Assembly (NCBI GenBank): GCA_030611585.1
Contig: JAUWPM010000001.1
Coordinates: 1,715 to 65,714 of the forward strand
Source of the DNA: Methanosarcinales archaeon
GTDB taxonomy: Archaea > Halobacteriota > Syntropharchaeia > Alkanophagales > Methanospirareceae
DNA length: 64,000 nucleotides
Reading direction: 5' to 3'
The stretch's first letter is position 1. Each line of letters starts with the position of its first letter. Positions 20,433-29,727 of this stretch are shown here, piece by piece. The notes under the pieces were generated by a model, which did not search any database, was not told the origin of the DNA, and saw only the letters and a list, made by a program, of their open reading frames with translations. Both the position numbers and the translations under genes were made by a program.

Positions 20433-21527
20433 ATGCAGATGAATGAGAAGACGATATGTTTCGACCTCGAAGGGCCGTTATCGCCGCAAGATAACGCTTA
20501 CGAAGTGATGAAGCTCATGGGAGAAGAAGGCGCAGCTATTTTCGAGGTTATCAGCCGGTATGATGACCTTATCTCGCTTGAGGGACGAGAAGGCTACGAG
20601 CCTGGAGATACGCTTGCCTTAATCGTGCCCTTCTTTCTGTTGCATGATATAACCGAAGACGATATAAGGGCGGTTTCAGCGCGTGCAAAGATAGTAGAAG
20701 GTGCCGAATACCTGTTTAAGAAGTTACAGGCTGAAAATTGGGATATTTATATTATATCCACGAGTTACGAGCAGCACGCTCACAATATTGGTCGCCGACT
20801 GGGCGTCCCGGAGGATCATATCAGGTGCACAAAGCTGGATTTGACCAAAAGGAAGCAGAGGTTACAAGAATCTGTCTTTCCCGTATTAGAAAACGCGCAA
20901 GAGGAGATACTCATGCTTTATTCAGACCTTGATAGTGACAGCACGGATCGCATAGTGAATCGTCTGGATGAACTCTTTTTCCAGCAGCTTCCTGAGTTGG
21001 GCGTTGACGTCTTTTCGACACGGGTGATTGGTGGTGAAAGAAAAGCAGAAGCAATACGAGAGATCGCACACGAAAAGGGGATTGCGTTACGAGACGTCAT
21101 TGCGGTTGGCGACAGCATTACGGATTATAAGATGCTGAACGAGGTCGCAACGCACGATGGCGTAGCGGTCGTTTTTAATGGTAACGAGTATGCAGTTCCG
21201 TACGCCAACGTAGGGCTGGCATCGGGGGATATTCGGTTTCTTTATTTAGTATGCGAAGCGTTTGAGCGAGGCGGGAAAGATGCGGCAATGGACCGGGTGA
21301 CGAAATGGGAGAATAACCGGGGGGAGTTTGAAGAGAACCCCGTGAATATCCCTGATAGCGCTATTACGGCGGACATAAAGGATTTTGTAACGACCAAAAA
21401 GGGAGAGACGCCGTTTCCTTATTTCCATAATCTCGAACGCGCGGACGAAAGAACGAAAGAAGAGATAATAACAATACATAAGCAAGTCAGAATGTTGGTG
21501 CGAGAAGACGCGGGTAAGCTGGGATAA
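20433..21527 (+). CDS. HAD-superfamily hydrolase (EhaR/COG4030-like)
   Basis: FDLEGPLSPQDNA, YEPGDTL, ISTSY, VGDSITD, FNGNEYA. Confidence 0.8.
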   Translation: MQMNEKTICFDLEGPLSPQDNAYEVMKLMGEEGAAIFEVISRYDDLISLEGREGYEPGDTLALIVPFFLLHDITEDDIRAVSARAKIVEGAEYLFKKLQAENWDIYIISTSYEQHAHNIGRRLGVPEDHIRCTKLDLTKRKQRLQESVFPVLENAQEEILMLYSDLDSDSTDRIVNRLDELFFQQLPELGVDVFSTRVIGGERKAEAIREIAHEKGIALRDVIAVGDSITDYKMLNEVATHDGVAVVFNGNEYAVPYANVGLASGDIRFLYLVCEAFERGGKDAAMDRVTKWENNRGEFEENPVNIPDSAITADIKDFVTTKKGETPFPYFHNLERADERTKEEIITIHKQVRMLVREDAGKLG

Positions 21528-21661
21528 AATCGCATGGCTGCGTTCCAACGTAAAAAAGACAGCTAAAAGCCCTATTTTGTGTTTAGTGCTTAGAACTTGA
21601 CTTTTGATGCGCTATTTACACCACTAAGGGTATATAAAGTGGCAGGGATTATTATCGTATT

Positions 21662-22081
21662 ATGCAAGAAGAAGGAGAGACGGTAGAGATAGAAGGGAAG
21701 ACTGCCGAGGATTTGCTGCTTGTCGGGGAGGAATATCTTGCGGAAGGGAGATTTGAGGATGCAATAAATGTTTACAAAGAGATCGTAAAGAAAGAGCCGA
21801 GGCTACCTACAACGGCTAAGGCTTGTAATGATTGTGGCGTTGCGTACGCGAGCTTAGAGCAGTACGAGATGGCAATAGGGTTTTTTAATGCCGCACTGAA
21901 TCTCAAGCAGTATCTCATGGACGAGGGGATTTCGACTTATTACAATCTTGGGCAGGTTTACAAGATCGCGGGAGATGATGAGAAAGCAAAGGAGTGTTTC
22001 AAGCGTGGGGATACGTTAAAGCAGGAACATAAACGCCGTGATGAAGAGGCAAGACGCACATTCTCATCGTTTAGTGAGTGA
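21662..22081 (+). CDS. TPR repeat protein
   Basis: TPR-like helices (FEDAINVY, GVAYASLEQYEMA, YYNLGQVY). Confidence 0.85.
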   Translation: MQEEGETVEIEGKTAEDLLLVGEEYLAEGRFEDAINVYKEIVKKEPRLPTTAKACNDCGVAYASLEQYEMAIGFFNAALNLKQYLMDEGISTYYNLGQVYKIAGDDEKAKECFKRGDTLKQEHKRRDEEARRTFSSFSE

Positions 22082-22143
22082 CGCTTCAGCTCTGATCTGA
22101 CCGAACTAAAAATCACAATTTCGCAATTTTGATTTCTTGTTGT

Positions 22144-22335
22144 ATATAAATATAACTGCCACAATTCTCTTTAAGACACAGATTAACACACAACTTTTTT
22201 ACCTTCGGTAAAAACCTTGACTAAAATATTCCTGATGTTTTTCTTTTAGCACAGGTTTTCTTTTTGACATTGCCGAAGGCAATGGAATGGCTTCGCCGTT
22301 CAAAAAAAGAAAAAGTGTTGTGTCAACGATTTAGG
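22144..22335 (+). repeat. Repeat family A, second cassette copy
   Basis: Near-identical to 11057-11222. Confidence 0.85.
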
Positions 22336-22398
22336 TTTTCTCGCTTACGCAATACGAAAACTTTTTTATTGACGTAGCGATATTAAAGAAGGATATAG

Positions 22399-23523
22399 GT
22401 GAAGAAAATGGAGAAAATAACCGTAAGTTTGATAAAAGCGGATGTAGGCGGATTTCCTGGGCATTCGACCGTTCACCCGGACTTGAAGGAGAAAGCGACG
22501 GAGTGGATGGAAAAGGCGAAAAAAGATGGGTTGCTCGTGGACTACCATGTTTTAAATGCGGGTGATGATTTAGAGCTGCTGATGAGCCATCGTAAAGGCG
22601 TTGATTCTGAGGAGATACACGGATTGGCGTGGGAAACGTTTGAAGCGGCAACCGAAGTGGCGAAAGAACTCAAGTTGCACGGTGCGGGTCAGGATTTGCT
22701 CGTGGATGCGTTCAGCGGGAACATAAGGGGTATGGGACCGGGAATAGCGGAGATGGAATTTACGGAACGCGGGTCAGAGCCGTTAGTGGCGTTTATGATG
22801 GATAAGACAGAGCCGGGCGCGTTTAATTTCCCGATATACAAGATATTTGCAGACCCGTTCAATACCGCGGGACTTGTCGTAGATCCGACGATGCACGACG
22901 GATACGTGTTTGAAGTTTGGGACATAAAAGAGAAGAAGAAAGTGTTTTTAAAGTGCCCGGAAGAGATGTACGCGCTGCTCGCTCTGATCGGGGCGAAGAG
23001 CAAGTACGTAATAAAGCGGGTGTTTCCGAAGGATACGAGTCCACTGCCGAAGGAGGAGCCGGTGGCAGTGATAAGTACGGAGAAGTTGTTCTTCACCGCG
23101 GGTAAGTACGTGGGCAAGGACGACCCCGTGGCTTTGGTGCGATCGCAATCGGGCTTGCCAGCGTTGGGCGAGGTTATAGAGCCTTTTGCGCTGCCTTATC
23201 TCGTCAGCGGCTGGATGCGCGGCTCGCATAACGGCCCGATAATGCCCGTTCCTTTTAGATATTCGCAATGCACACGGTTCGACGGCCCGCCGAGAGTGAT
23301 CGCGGCTGGATTCCAGATAAGTCATGGCAGATTGGTGGGGACTGCGGATTTGTTCGACGATCCCGCTTACGATCTTGCGAGGAAGAAGGCAGGGGAGATC
23401 GCGGATTACATGAGAGCGCACGGACCTTTCGAGCCGCATAGACTGCCCGTAGAGGAGATGGAATACACAACATTGCCGAATGTGTTAAAGAAGCTTGAAG
23501 GACGGTTTGAGAAGACCGAGTAG
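22399..23523 (+). CDS. fbp: Bifunctional fructose-1,6-bisphosphate aldolase/phosphatase
   Basis: IKADVGG, GAGQDLL, DKTEPGAFN, YVGKDDPV, GWMRGSH, HGPFEPHRL; start may be ATG 22408. Confidence 0.95.
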   Translation: MKKMEKITVSLIKADVGGFPGHSTVHPDLKEKATEWMEKAKKDGLLVDYHVLNAGDDLELLMSHRKGVDSEEIHGLAWETFEAATEVAKELKLHGAGQDLLVDAFSGNIRGMGPGIAEMEFTERGSEPLVAFMMDKTEPGAFNFPIYKIFADPFNTAGLVVDPTMHDGYVFEVWDIKEKKKVFLKCPEEMYALLALIGAKSKYVIKRVFPKDTSPLPKEEPVAVISTEKLFFTAGKYVGKDDPVALVRSQSGLPALGEVIEPFALPYLVSGWMRGSHNGPIMPVPFRYSQCTRFDGPPRVIAAGFQISHGRLVGTADLFDDPAYDLARKKAGEIADYMRAHGPFEPHRLPVEEMEYTTLPNVLKKLEGRFEKTE

Positions 23524-23589
23524 AACCTTTCTAAAGAAAGGTTACGCAGTTGTTGAGGTGTACAAACAATCTAAATCACCGATTAAGGG

Positions 23590-24564
23590 ATGTTGGGTCA
23601 GATGATAAAACGTATTGGCGTGTTAACCAGTGGTGGCGATGCCCCGGGAATGAATGCGGCGATTCGCAGTGTGGTACGGTACGGAGTGCATCATAAATTA
23701 GAGGTAATCGGGATATTTCGCGGCTATGCGGGTTTGATAAACGGAGATTTGAAACCTTTAGACCACCGTTCGGTTTCCGGGATCATAAACAGAGGGGGGA
23801 CGATCTTAGAGACCGCCCGCTGCGATGAGTTTTTAACTGAATCGGGACAGCTTAAGGCGGTAGAGGTATTAAAGCGGAATAAAATTGACGCTTTAGTGGT
23901 CATCGGAGGCGATGGTACTTATCGTGGTGCGATTCAGCTCTGGGATAAGTGGCATATCCCCTGTGTCGGTGTACCAGCAACGATTGACAACGACCTTAAT
24001 GGCACTGACATTACCATTGGTGCGGATACTGCGATAAATACTGCCTTAGAGGCAATTGATAAGATTCGGGATACCGCTACGAGTATGAAGCGGATTTTTG
24101 TGGTTGAAGTAATGGGGCGGGATAGCGGATTTATTGCTGTTAACGTCGCTTTAGCTGGAGGGGCTGAGGAGGTGTTGATTCCGGAATCAAGCTACGATGT
24201 GGGAGAGATGTGTCAGGATATTGTCGAGGGAAATCGAAAAGGTAAGAATAGCTGGATTATTGTCGTTGCCGAGGGAGCTGCGAAGGCAGACAAGGTTGCG
24301 GAGAAGATTACCGAGATGACGGGGTTAGAGACAAGAGTAACTGTATTGGGACACATCCAGAGAGGAGGCGCTCCTACGGCTCGGGATCGTATATTGGCTA
24401 CCCGGTTGGGTGCAACGGCGGTAAATTTAATTTTGAATAATGAGTTTGGAAAGGCGGTGGGAGTGCAGGATGGCAGGATAAATGCAGTGGATTTACATCG
24501 CGCGGTCGAGGAAAAGGAGACGGTGGTAGATCCTTTTTATCGCCTGATAAGGATTTTAACTTGA
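23590..24564 (+). CDS. pfkA: ATP-dependent 6-phosphofructokinase (bacterial PfkA type)
   Basis: LTSGGDAPGMN, GGDG, PATIDND, EVMGR, LGHIQRGG. Confidence 0.92.
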   Translation: MLGQMIKRIGVLTSGGDAPGMNAAIRSVVRYGVHHKLEVIGIFRGYAGLINGDLKPLDHRSVSGIINRGGTILETARCDEFLTESGQLKAVEVLKRNKIDALVVIGGDGTYRGAIQLWDKWHIPCVGVPATIDNDLNGTDITIGADTAINTALEAIDKIRDTATSMKRIFVVEVMGRDSGFIAVNVALAGGAEEVLIPESSYDVGEMCQDIVEGNRKGKNSWIIVVAEGAAKADKVAEKITEMTGLETRVTVLGHIQRGGAPTARDRILATRLGATAVNLILNNEFGKAVGVQDGRINAVDLHRAVEEKETVVDPFYRLIRILT

Positions 24565-24579
24565 ACTTAATCGGTTACA

Positions 24580-25845
24580 ATGAACGAAGAAGGAACTGAC
24601 GTTGACGAATTGGTATCGGAATTGGTATTAAACGATGCCTTAGCCTTAGAAGTGAAATCAGAGATATTCAATAAGATTTTACAACGGGCAGAAGAAAGAG
24701 GTATTTCTCTCGCTTCTATTCATCCTTTTTACCGTGCACGGGGCAGAGGCGAATTTGGCGGGTTCACGGTGCCCGCAATAAATTTGAGGACGCTTACGTA
24801 CGATTTAGCGAGAGTGATTTTTCGGGTTGCCAAACGGAACCACGCAGGGGCATTTATATTCGAGATTGCACGGAGTGAAATCGGCTATACCGCACAGCGT
24901 CCTATCGAATATGCCGGAGTTTGCTTAGCTGCGGCTATAAAGGAGGAGTGGCACGGTGCAGTATTTATTCAAGGGGATCACTTCCAGGTTAACGCGACGA
25001 AATATCTTCAGAACCCTCAGGAAGAGGTAGAGCTTTTAAACAGTCTTATTCGTGAGGCTTTGGCTGCCGGGTTTTATAATATTGACATTGATAGCTCAAC
25101 CTTAGTGGATTTGAGTAAGCGGGGAATTAAAGAGCAGCAAAGGCTAAATTTTAGCGTTTGTGCAGCATTTACCAGGTTCATCCGGGCGCATCAACCGAAA
25201 GGAGTAGAGGTTTCTATCGGTGGCGAAATAGGTGAAATAGGCAGGAAGAACAGTACAGCCGAAGAATTAGAGGCGTTTATGGTAGGCTACCAGGAAGAAT
25301 TGGGCTCGTCCTTAGAGGGAATAAGTAAAATAAGCGTGCAGACCGGGACTTCACACGGCGGGGTGGTCTTACCGGATGGCAGTATTGCCAGAGTAAAGCT
25401 GGACTTTGACACTTTGAAGACTCTTTCGCGGTTAGCCCGTGAGAAATTCGCGTTAGCAGGCGCGGTGCAGCACGGAGCTTCCACGTTGCCAGAAGCGGCA
25501 TTCCATAAGTTTCCGGAAGTGGAAACGGCAGAGATACACTTAGCTACTCAGTTCCAAAATATGGTTTACGAAAGCGAGTATTTCCCTGACGAGTTGAGGA
25601 AGAGGATGTATGCGTGGCTAAAAGAGAATCACCGCACTGAATGGGAAGAGGGAGAGACGGAAGAGCAGTTCATTTATAAGACACGCAAAAGAGCTTTAGG
25701 TCAGTTTAAAAATGAGATTATGGGGCTCAAGCCGGAGATAAGAGCGGCGATTGCGGCTGAGGTGGAGGGTAAAATTGCGTTTCTTTTTAGGGAGTTGAAT
25801 TTAGCAAATACGCTGCCTTTAATTGATCGGTACGTAAGCAGGTAA
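24580..25845 (+). CDS. Class II fructose-bisphosphate aldolase family protein
   Basis: FTVPAIN, QGDH, GEIGEIG, GTSHGG, VQHGASTLP. Confidence 0.85.
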   Translation: MNEEGTDVDELVSELVLNDALALEVKSEIFNKILQRAEERGISLASIHPFYRARGRGEFGGFTVPAINLRTLTYDLARVIFRVAKRNHAGAFIFEIARSEIGYTAQRPIEYAGVCLAAAIKEEWHGAVFIQGDHFQVNATKYLQNPQEEVELLNSLIREALAAGFYNIDIDSSTLVDLSKRGIKEQQRLNFSVCAAFTRFIRAHQPKGVEVSIGGEIGEIGRKNSTAEELEAFMVGYQEELGSSLEGISKISVQTGTSHGGVVLPDGSIARVKLDFDTLKTLSRLAREKFALAGAVQHGASTLPEAAFHKFPEVETAEIHLATQFQNMVYESEYFPDELRKRMYAWLKENHRTEWEEGETEEQFIYKTRKRALGQFKNEIMGLKPEIRAAIAAEVEGKIAFLFRELNLANTLPLIDRYVSR

Positions 25846-25863
25846 AGAACAAGAAAATAAATT

Positions 25864-25978
25864 ATTTATAGACACAGATTGACACAGATGATAAAAATCA
25901 ACACGGTTAAACTAAAATAAATCCGCGTAAATCAGTGTTAATCTGCGTCTTAAAGAGAAGGAAGTTATACTTCATATA
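25864..25978 (-). repeat. Repeat family A, inverted copy
   Basis: aaataaatccgcgtaaatcagtgttaatctgcgtcttaaagag is the near reverse complement of the family A left end. Confidence 0.8.
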
Positions 25979-25988
25979 CAACGAGAAA

Positions 25989-26876
25989 ATGGAAATCGAG
26001 GACACCTACTGCGAGGCATTTGATGGTTTATTCACAAGGATATGTGTAACCGGGAGTGATGAGAAGAGATTGAAACAGGCGGCTTACAACGCTACGGCAC
26101 TGCCCTGCACGGTCTTTGGCGAATCCGAAGGGGGAATAGAGAAGTGGTTGAATGAGCACGAAACGCCAGACGGGAGGAAAGGGGCTGTAATTCAAATCTG
26201 GGTGAATTACGGTGAGGACGCTCCTGAAAAGCTGGAATACGAAGCATCGAAACGAATACGGCAGGGGATACTGGTTGTGCCCACGACTTCGGTCTTCAAC
26301 GCGATTGATTCGCCTGATGACAAGATTGACGTTGTGGACAGGATAGGGCATTGCGGCGATGGCTACGAGACAATTGAGCAGCGGTTCGGACGTGAAGTGG
26401 TCGTGGTGCCGATAATGATGGGCGAATTTCTCGTGGAACACTATTTGGGTTACCAGAAGGGCGTGATGGGTGGAAACGTCTGGTTCTTCTGCAAAAGTAT
26501 AGAAGCATCATTAGAAGCGGGAGAGATGGCGCTCGCAGCAATAAACAGCGTAGAAGGTGCGATTACTCCTTTTGATATTTGCTCTGCGGGCTCCAAGCCG
26601 GAAACGAACTATCCTGAGATCGGTCCTACGACGAACCACCCGTATTGCCCGACGTTAAGGCAGAAACTAAGTGGGTCGAATGTTCCAGACGGTGTACAGA
26701 GCATTCCGGAAATCGTTATTAATGGGGTGTCGCTCGACTCGGTAAAAGAGGCGATGAAAGCAGCGATAGAGAGTGTGCGTGGGGTTGATGGCGTGGTAAG
26801 AATCTCAGCAGGTAATTACGGCGGTAAATTGGGGAGCTATAAGATATTTTTGAAGGAGTTGTCACAGAAGAACTAA
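25989..26876 (+). CDS. ftr: Formylmethanofuran-H4MPT formyltransferase family protein (possibly divergent paralog)
   Basis: IEDTYCEAF, TPDGRKG, GDGYE, GGN, TTNHPYCPTL, EIVING, ISAGNYGGKLG. Confidence 0.85.
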   Translation: MEIEDTYCEAFDGLFTRICVTGSDEKRLKQAAYNATALPCTVFGESEGGIEKWLNEHETPDGRKGAVIQIWVNYGEDAPEKLEYEASKRIRQGILVVPTTSVFNAIDSPDDKIDVVDRIGHCGDGYETIEQRFGREVVVVPIMMGEFLVEHYLGYQKGVMGGNVWFFCKSIEASLEAGEMALAAINSVEGAITPFDICSAGSKPETNYPEIGPTTNHPYCPTLRQKLSGSNVPDGVQSIPEIVINGVSLDSVKEAMKAAIESVRGVDGVVRISAGNYGGKLGSYKIFLKELSQKN

Positions 26877-27031
26877 ACGAGGTAAAATAAAAAAGTGCGG
26901 AGATTCGTTAAATGAATTGATGAAAGGCAAATGACAATGAAAAAGCCAAATACTACCAAATCCTAAAGGATATAAAGATACCAAAAGATATATCTGTATA
27001 CAACAAGAATAGACTATAATTGGCGAAAGAG

Positions 27032-27193
27032 ATGAAAAAAGTACCCACAGAAGAGGAGATGCTTGAAGCGATAAAGAAAAACCCAAAAATCATGGAGATT
27101 TGGGGTGCGTTGAAAGACATCATTCCAGAGGCAGTGGTTGATGTGAAGGAGCGGAGAAAGCGACATGAAAGTCTTGGTCATAGCAGAGACTAA
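27032..27193 (+). CDS. Unannotated 53-aa protein, putative antitoxin
   Basis: MKKVPTEEEMLEAIKKNPKIMEIWGALKD...; overlaps the start of the PIN-like gene. Confidence 0.55.
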   Translation: MKKVPTEEEMLEAIKKNPKIMEIWGALKDIIPEAVVDVKERRKRHESLGHSRD

Positions 27194-27782
27194 TTGGATT
27201 GAGGATATTGCATTGGCGCAAGATCTAAGATCCGCATACTTACTCGAACTAAGGGATAAAGGGGAGATTGATATCGCAATTCCTGCCTATTCCTTGCATG
27301 AGGCAGATGGGTCGTTGGATAGAAAAATTACAAAGCGGATTGAAAAGATTGATAACTTCTTACATTTTCTTAGCAAGGTTGCACAAAGTAAACCTCATGA
27401 GAATCTTTGCAGCATCGTAAAGGACGGGTTAAAGGAGCTCAAATCTAAAAGTTTAGAGGAACGGGAGGCGATCAAGCGGGTTTTAAATAAAATCAAAATG
27501 AGCATTGATGTAATCCCTTACACGATGACCGTAGCTCTTAACGCTGATTTGAGGTCGGAATCATCCATAGCGCCATTTAAAGAGGCTGATTGCAGAATTT
27601 ATGAATCTGTTTTGGAATATATTCGAGATAAAGGGTACGACTACGATTTAAAGGTCTTTTATACTGCAGATAGAGAAGATTTTGACAATGAGATGATCTA
27701 TGCAGAATTGGAAGAAATAGATGTGAAATTGTATTTCGATGCAGGAGAGGTTGTTGAGCGTGTTTATGAAGTGGTGGGGTAG
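27165..27782 (+). CDS. PIN-like domain protein
   Basis: VLVIAETN first strand, EADCRIYES, YTADREDF acidic motifs. Confidence 0.6.
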   Translation: MKVLVIAETNWIEDIALAQDLRSAYLLELRDKGEIDIAIPAYSLHEADGSLDRKITKRIEKIDNFLHFLSKVAQSKPHENLCSIVKDGLKELKSKSLEEREAIKRVLNKIKMSIDVIPYTMTVALNADLRSESSIAPFKEADCRIYESVLEYIRDKGYDYDLKVFYTADREDFDNEMIYAELEEIDVKLYFDAGEVVERVYEVVG

Positions 27783-27927
27783 GAATGTTAGATAAGTCTA
27801 AATATAGTTTCTTATATCAAAAGTTCTTCATACTCTAAACTTTGCTTTTGCTTTAACATACGCATCACTTTTTTTCAATGCTGTTCTTAACATACAATAG
27901 TTGTTGATAAAAATAGCAAGGATAAAG

Positions 27928-29067
27928 ATGACGTGCTATAAGATTGCGGTTATTCGCGGCGATGGGATAGGGCCGGAGATAATGCAGGAAGGGTTGAAAG
28001 TGCTTGATGCCGTTTCGGAACGTGAGAGCTTTGAACTTGACTGGATTGAATATCCGCATGGTGCAGAGCATTACTTGCAGACCGGCGAGTTAATGGGTGA
28101 AGATACGTTAAAAGAATTGGACCGGTGCGCTGCGATCTATTTTGGGAGCATTGGCGATCCGAGGGTAGAACCAGGTGTTTTAGAGCAGGGGATCTTACTC
28201 GCGCTCAGGTTCTATTTTGATCAGTACGTGAATCTGCGACCCGTGAAGCTTCTGGAGGGTGTTCAGACGCCATTGGCGGGAAAGCGACCGGAGGACATTG
28301 ACATTAGCGTGGTGCGGGAGAACACCGAGGATTTCTACATTGGCATTGGTGGTCGTGCGAAAGGGAACGTAAAAAAGAGCGAGAAGTTGGAGATCGTACG
28401 GAACCTCTATCAGATCAAGTTCGATCTGGACGTTGAGACCGATGCGGACGAGCTTGCGTATCAAATTGGTGTCGTAACGAGAGAGGGCTGCGAGCGAGTG
28501 ATGAGGTTTGCATTTGAGCTTGCGCGTGCGAATGGAAAGACGAAAGTGACGAGCGTGGACAAGGCGAACGTGTTAACGCACAGCTACGGGTTCTGGCGTG
28601 AGGTGTTCAACGGCGTGGCAAAGGACTATCCTGAGATCGAGACGGAGTTTAATTTCGTGGATGCGATCTGCATGTGGTTCGTGAAGAATCCCGAATGGTA
28701 TCAGGTCGTCGTGGCGCCGAACATGTTTGGCGACATTATTACGGACCTCGGTGCGATGATCCAGGGTGGATTGGGTCTTGCACCGGGCGGGAACATCAAT
28801 CCCGAGGGCGTGTCCATGTTCGAGCCGATTCACGGCTCCGCACCGAAATACAAAGGCAAAGGTATTTCAAATCCGATTGCAACGATTTGGGCGGGTGCGA
28901 TGCTTCTGGAAAATATCGGTGAGAAGCAAGCGTCGGAAAGCGTTTTACGTGCGATTGAATCGGTTTTGAAGGCGGGCAAAGTGCGTACCTACGACCTTGG
29001 CGGTACTTCAAAGATGAGCGAGGTTGGCGATGCGATTGTGAATACAATAAATAGCGAGAGCATTTAG
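27928..29067 (+). CDS. 3-isopropylmalate/isocitrate/tartrate dehydrogenase family
   Basis: [42 protein letters not shown]. Confidence 0.9.
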   Translation: MTCYKIAVIRGDGIGPEIMQEGLKVLDAVSERESFELDWIEYPHGAEHYLQTGELMGEDTLKELDRCAAIYFGSIGDPRVEPGVLEQGILLALRFYFDQYVNLRPVKLLEGVQTPLAGKRPEDIDISVVRENTEDFYIGIGGRAKGNVKKSEKLEIVRNLYQIKFDLDVETDADELAYQIGVVTREGCERVMRFAFELARANGKTKVTSVDKANVLTHSYGFWREVFNGVAKDYPEIETEFNFVDAICMWFVKNPEWYQVVVAPNMFGDIITDLGAMIQGGLGLAPGGNINPEGVSMFEPIHGSAPKYKGKGISNPIATIWAGAMLLENIGEKQASESVLRAIESVLKAGKVRTYDLGGTSKMSEVGDAIVNTINSESI

Positions 29068-29252
29068 GTAGTTTAATAAAGAGGTGAGTATGTCCTCCAG
29101 AAAGGATGATGCCATGACTAATTGACATGGGTGGGAGCGAGTAGGGGAGGGTTCGCCGATTTTTTTATTTTTTGCTACTTTCCACACATTCACCCGAATT
29201 GCAGTTCGTCTTTACAGCAAGTTATTTGAAGACTCTGCGTAGTTTTTAAAAT

Positions 29253-29654
29253 CTACTTCTGTTGTTCAAAAAGGAGTGTTTCGGCGATTGCTTCGAGTTT
29301 GCTGAGTTCTCGTTTCCGGAACCCGATGAACAGACCATTTAATTTACCGCCGACGCACGTTTTTGTCTTCTCGCCCTGTGGTAACACGGTATTGAGTAAG
29401 GGATAACTGACTTTCACCGTATCCCCTTTTTCCGTTCTTATTAGTATTCCGTCCTCAATGCCCACGATCCAGATGAAGGTTCTTACCTTAGGCGGGATCA
29501 GGTCGAAAAGAGAAGGATGCTCGATGTCGAGATGCGTTACGGTCGCCCTTGCGTAACCTTTGAGATGGACGTACATGTGTGCATTATCTAATTCCTCTTC
29601 GTTCAGGTACACGTGTGCGTCCAGAGAGAGTTTGCCTTCTGCGGGGCCGGTCAT
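29253..29654 (-). CDS. Hypothetical protein
   Basis: 133-aa ATG ORF; HLKGYARATVTHLDIE; no family recognised. Confidence 0.7.
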   Translation of the reverse strand: MTGPAEGKLSLDAHVYLNEEELDNAHMYVHLKGYARATVTHLDIEHPSLFDLIPPKVRTFIWIVGIEDGILIRTEKGDTVKVSYPLLNTVLPQGEKTKTCVGGKLNGLFIGFRKRELSKLEAIAETLLFEQQK

Positions 29655-29727
29655 GGTCGGTAAAATATATGGGATTTGTAGGATTTATGAGTTGCGCATG
29701 AAGAGGAGAACGTCCGGATTATATATT

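Noticed and set aside
3749..25978. Recurrent repeats as a CRISPR array
   Set aside because: Copies are dispersed over kilobases and separated by genes, with no regular repeat-spacer period and no cas genes.
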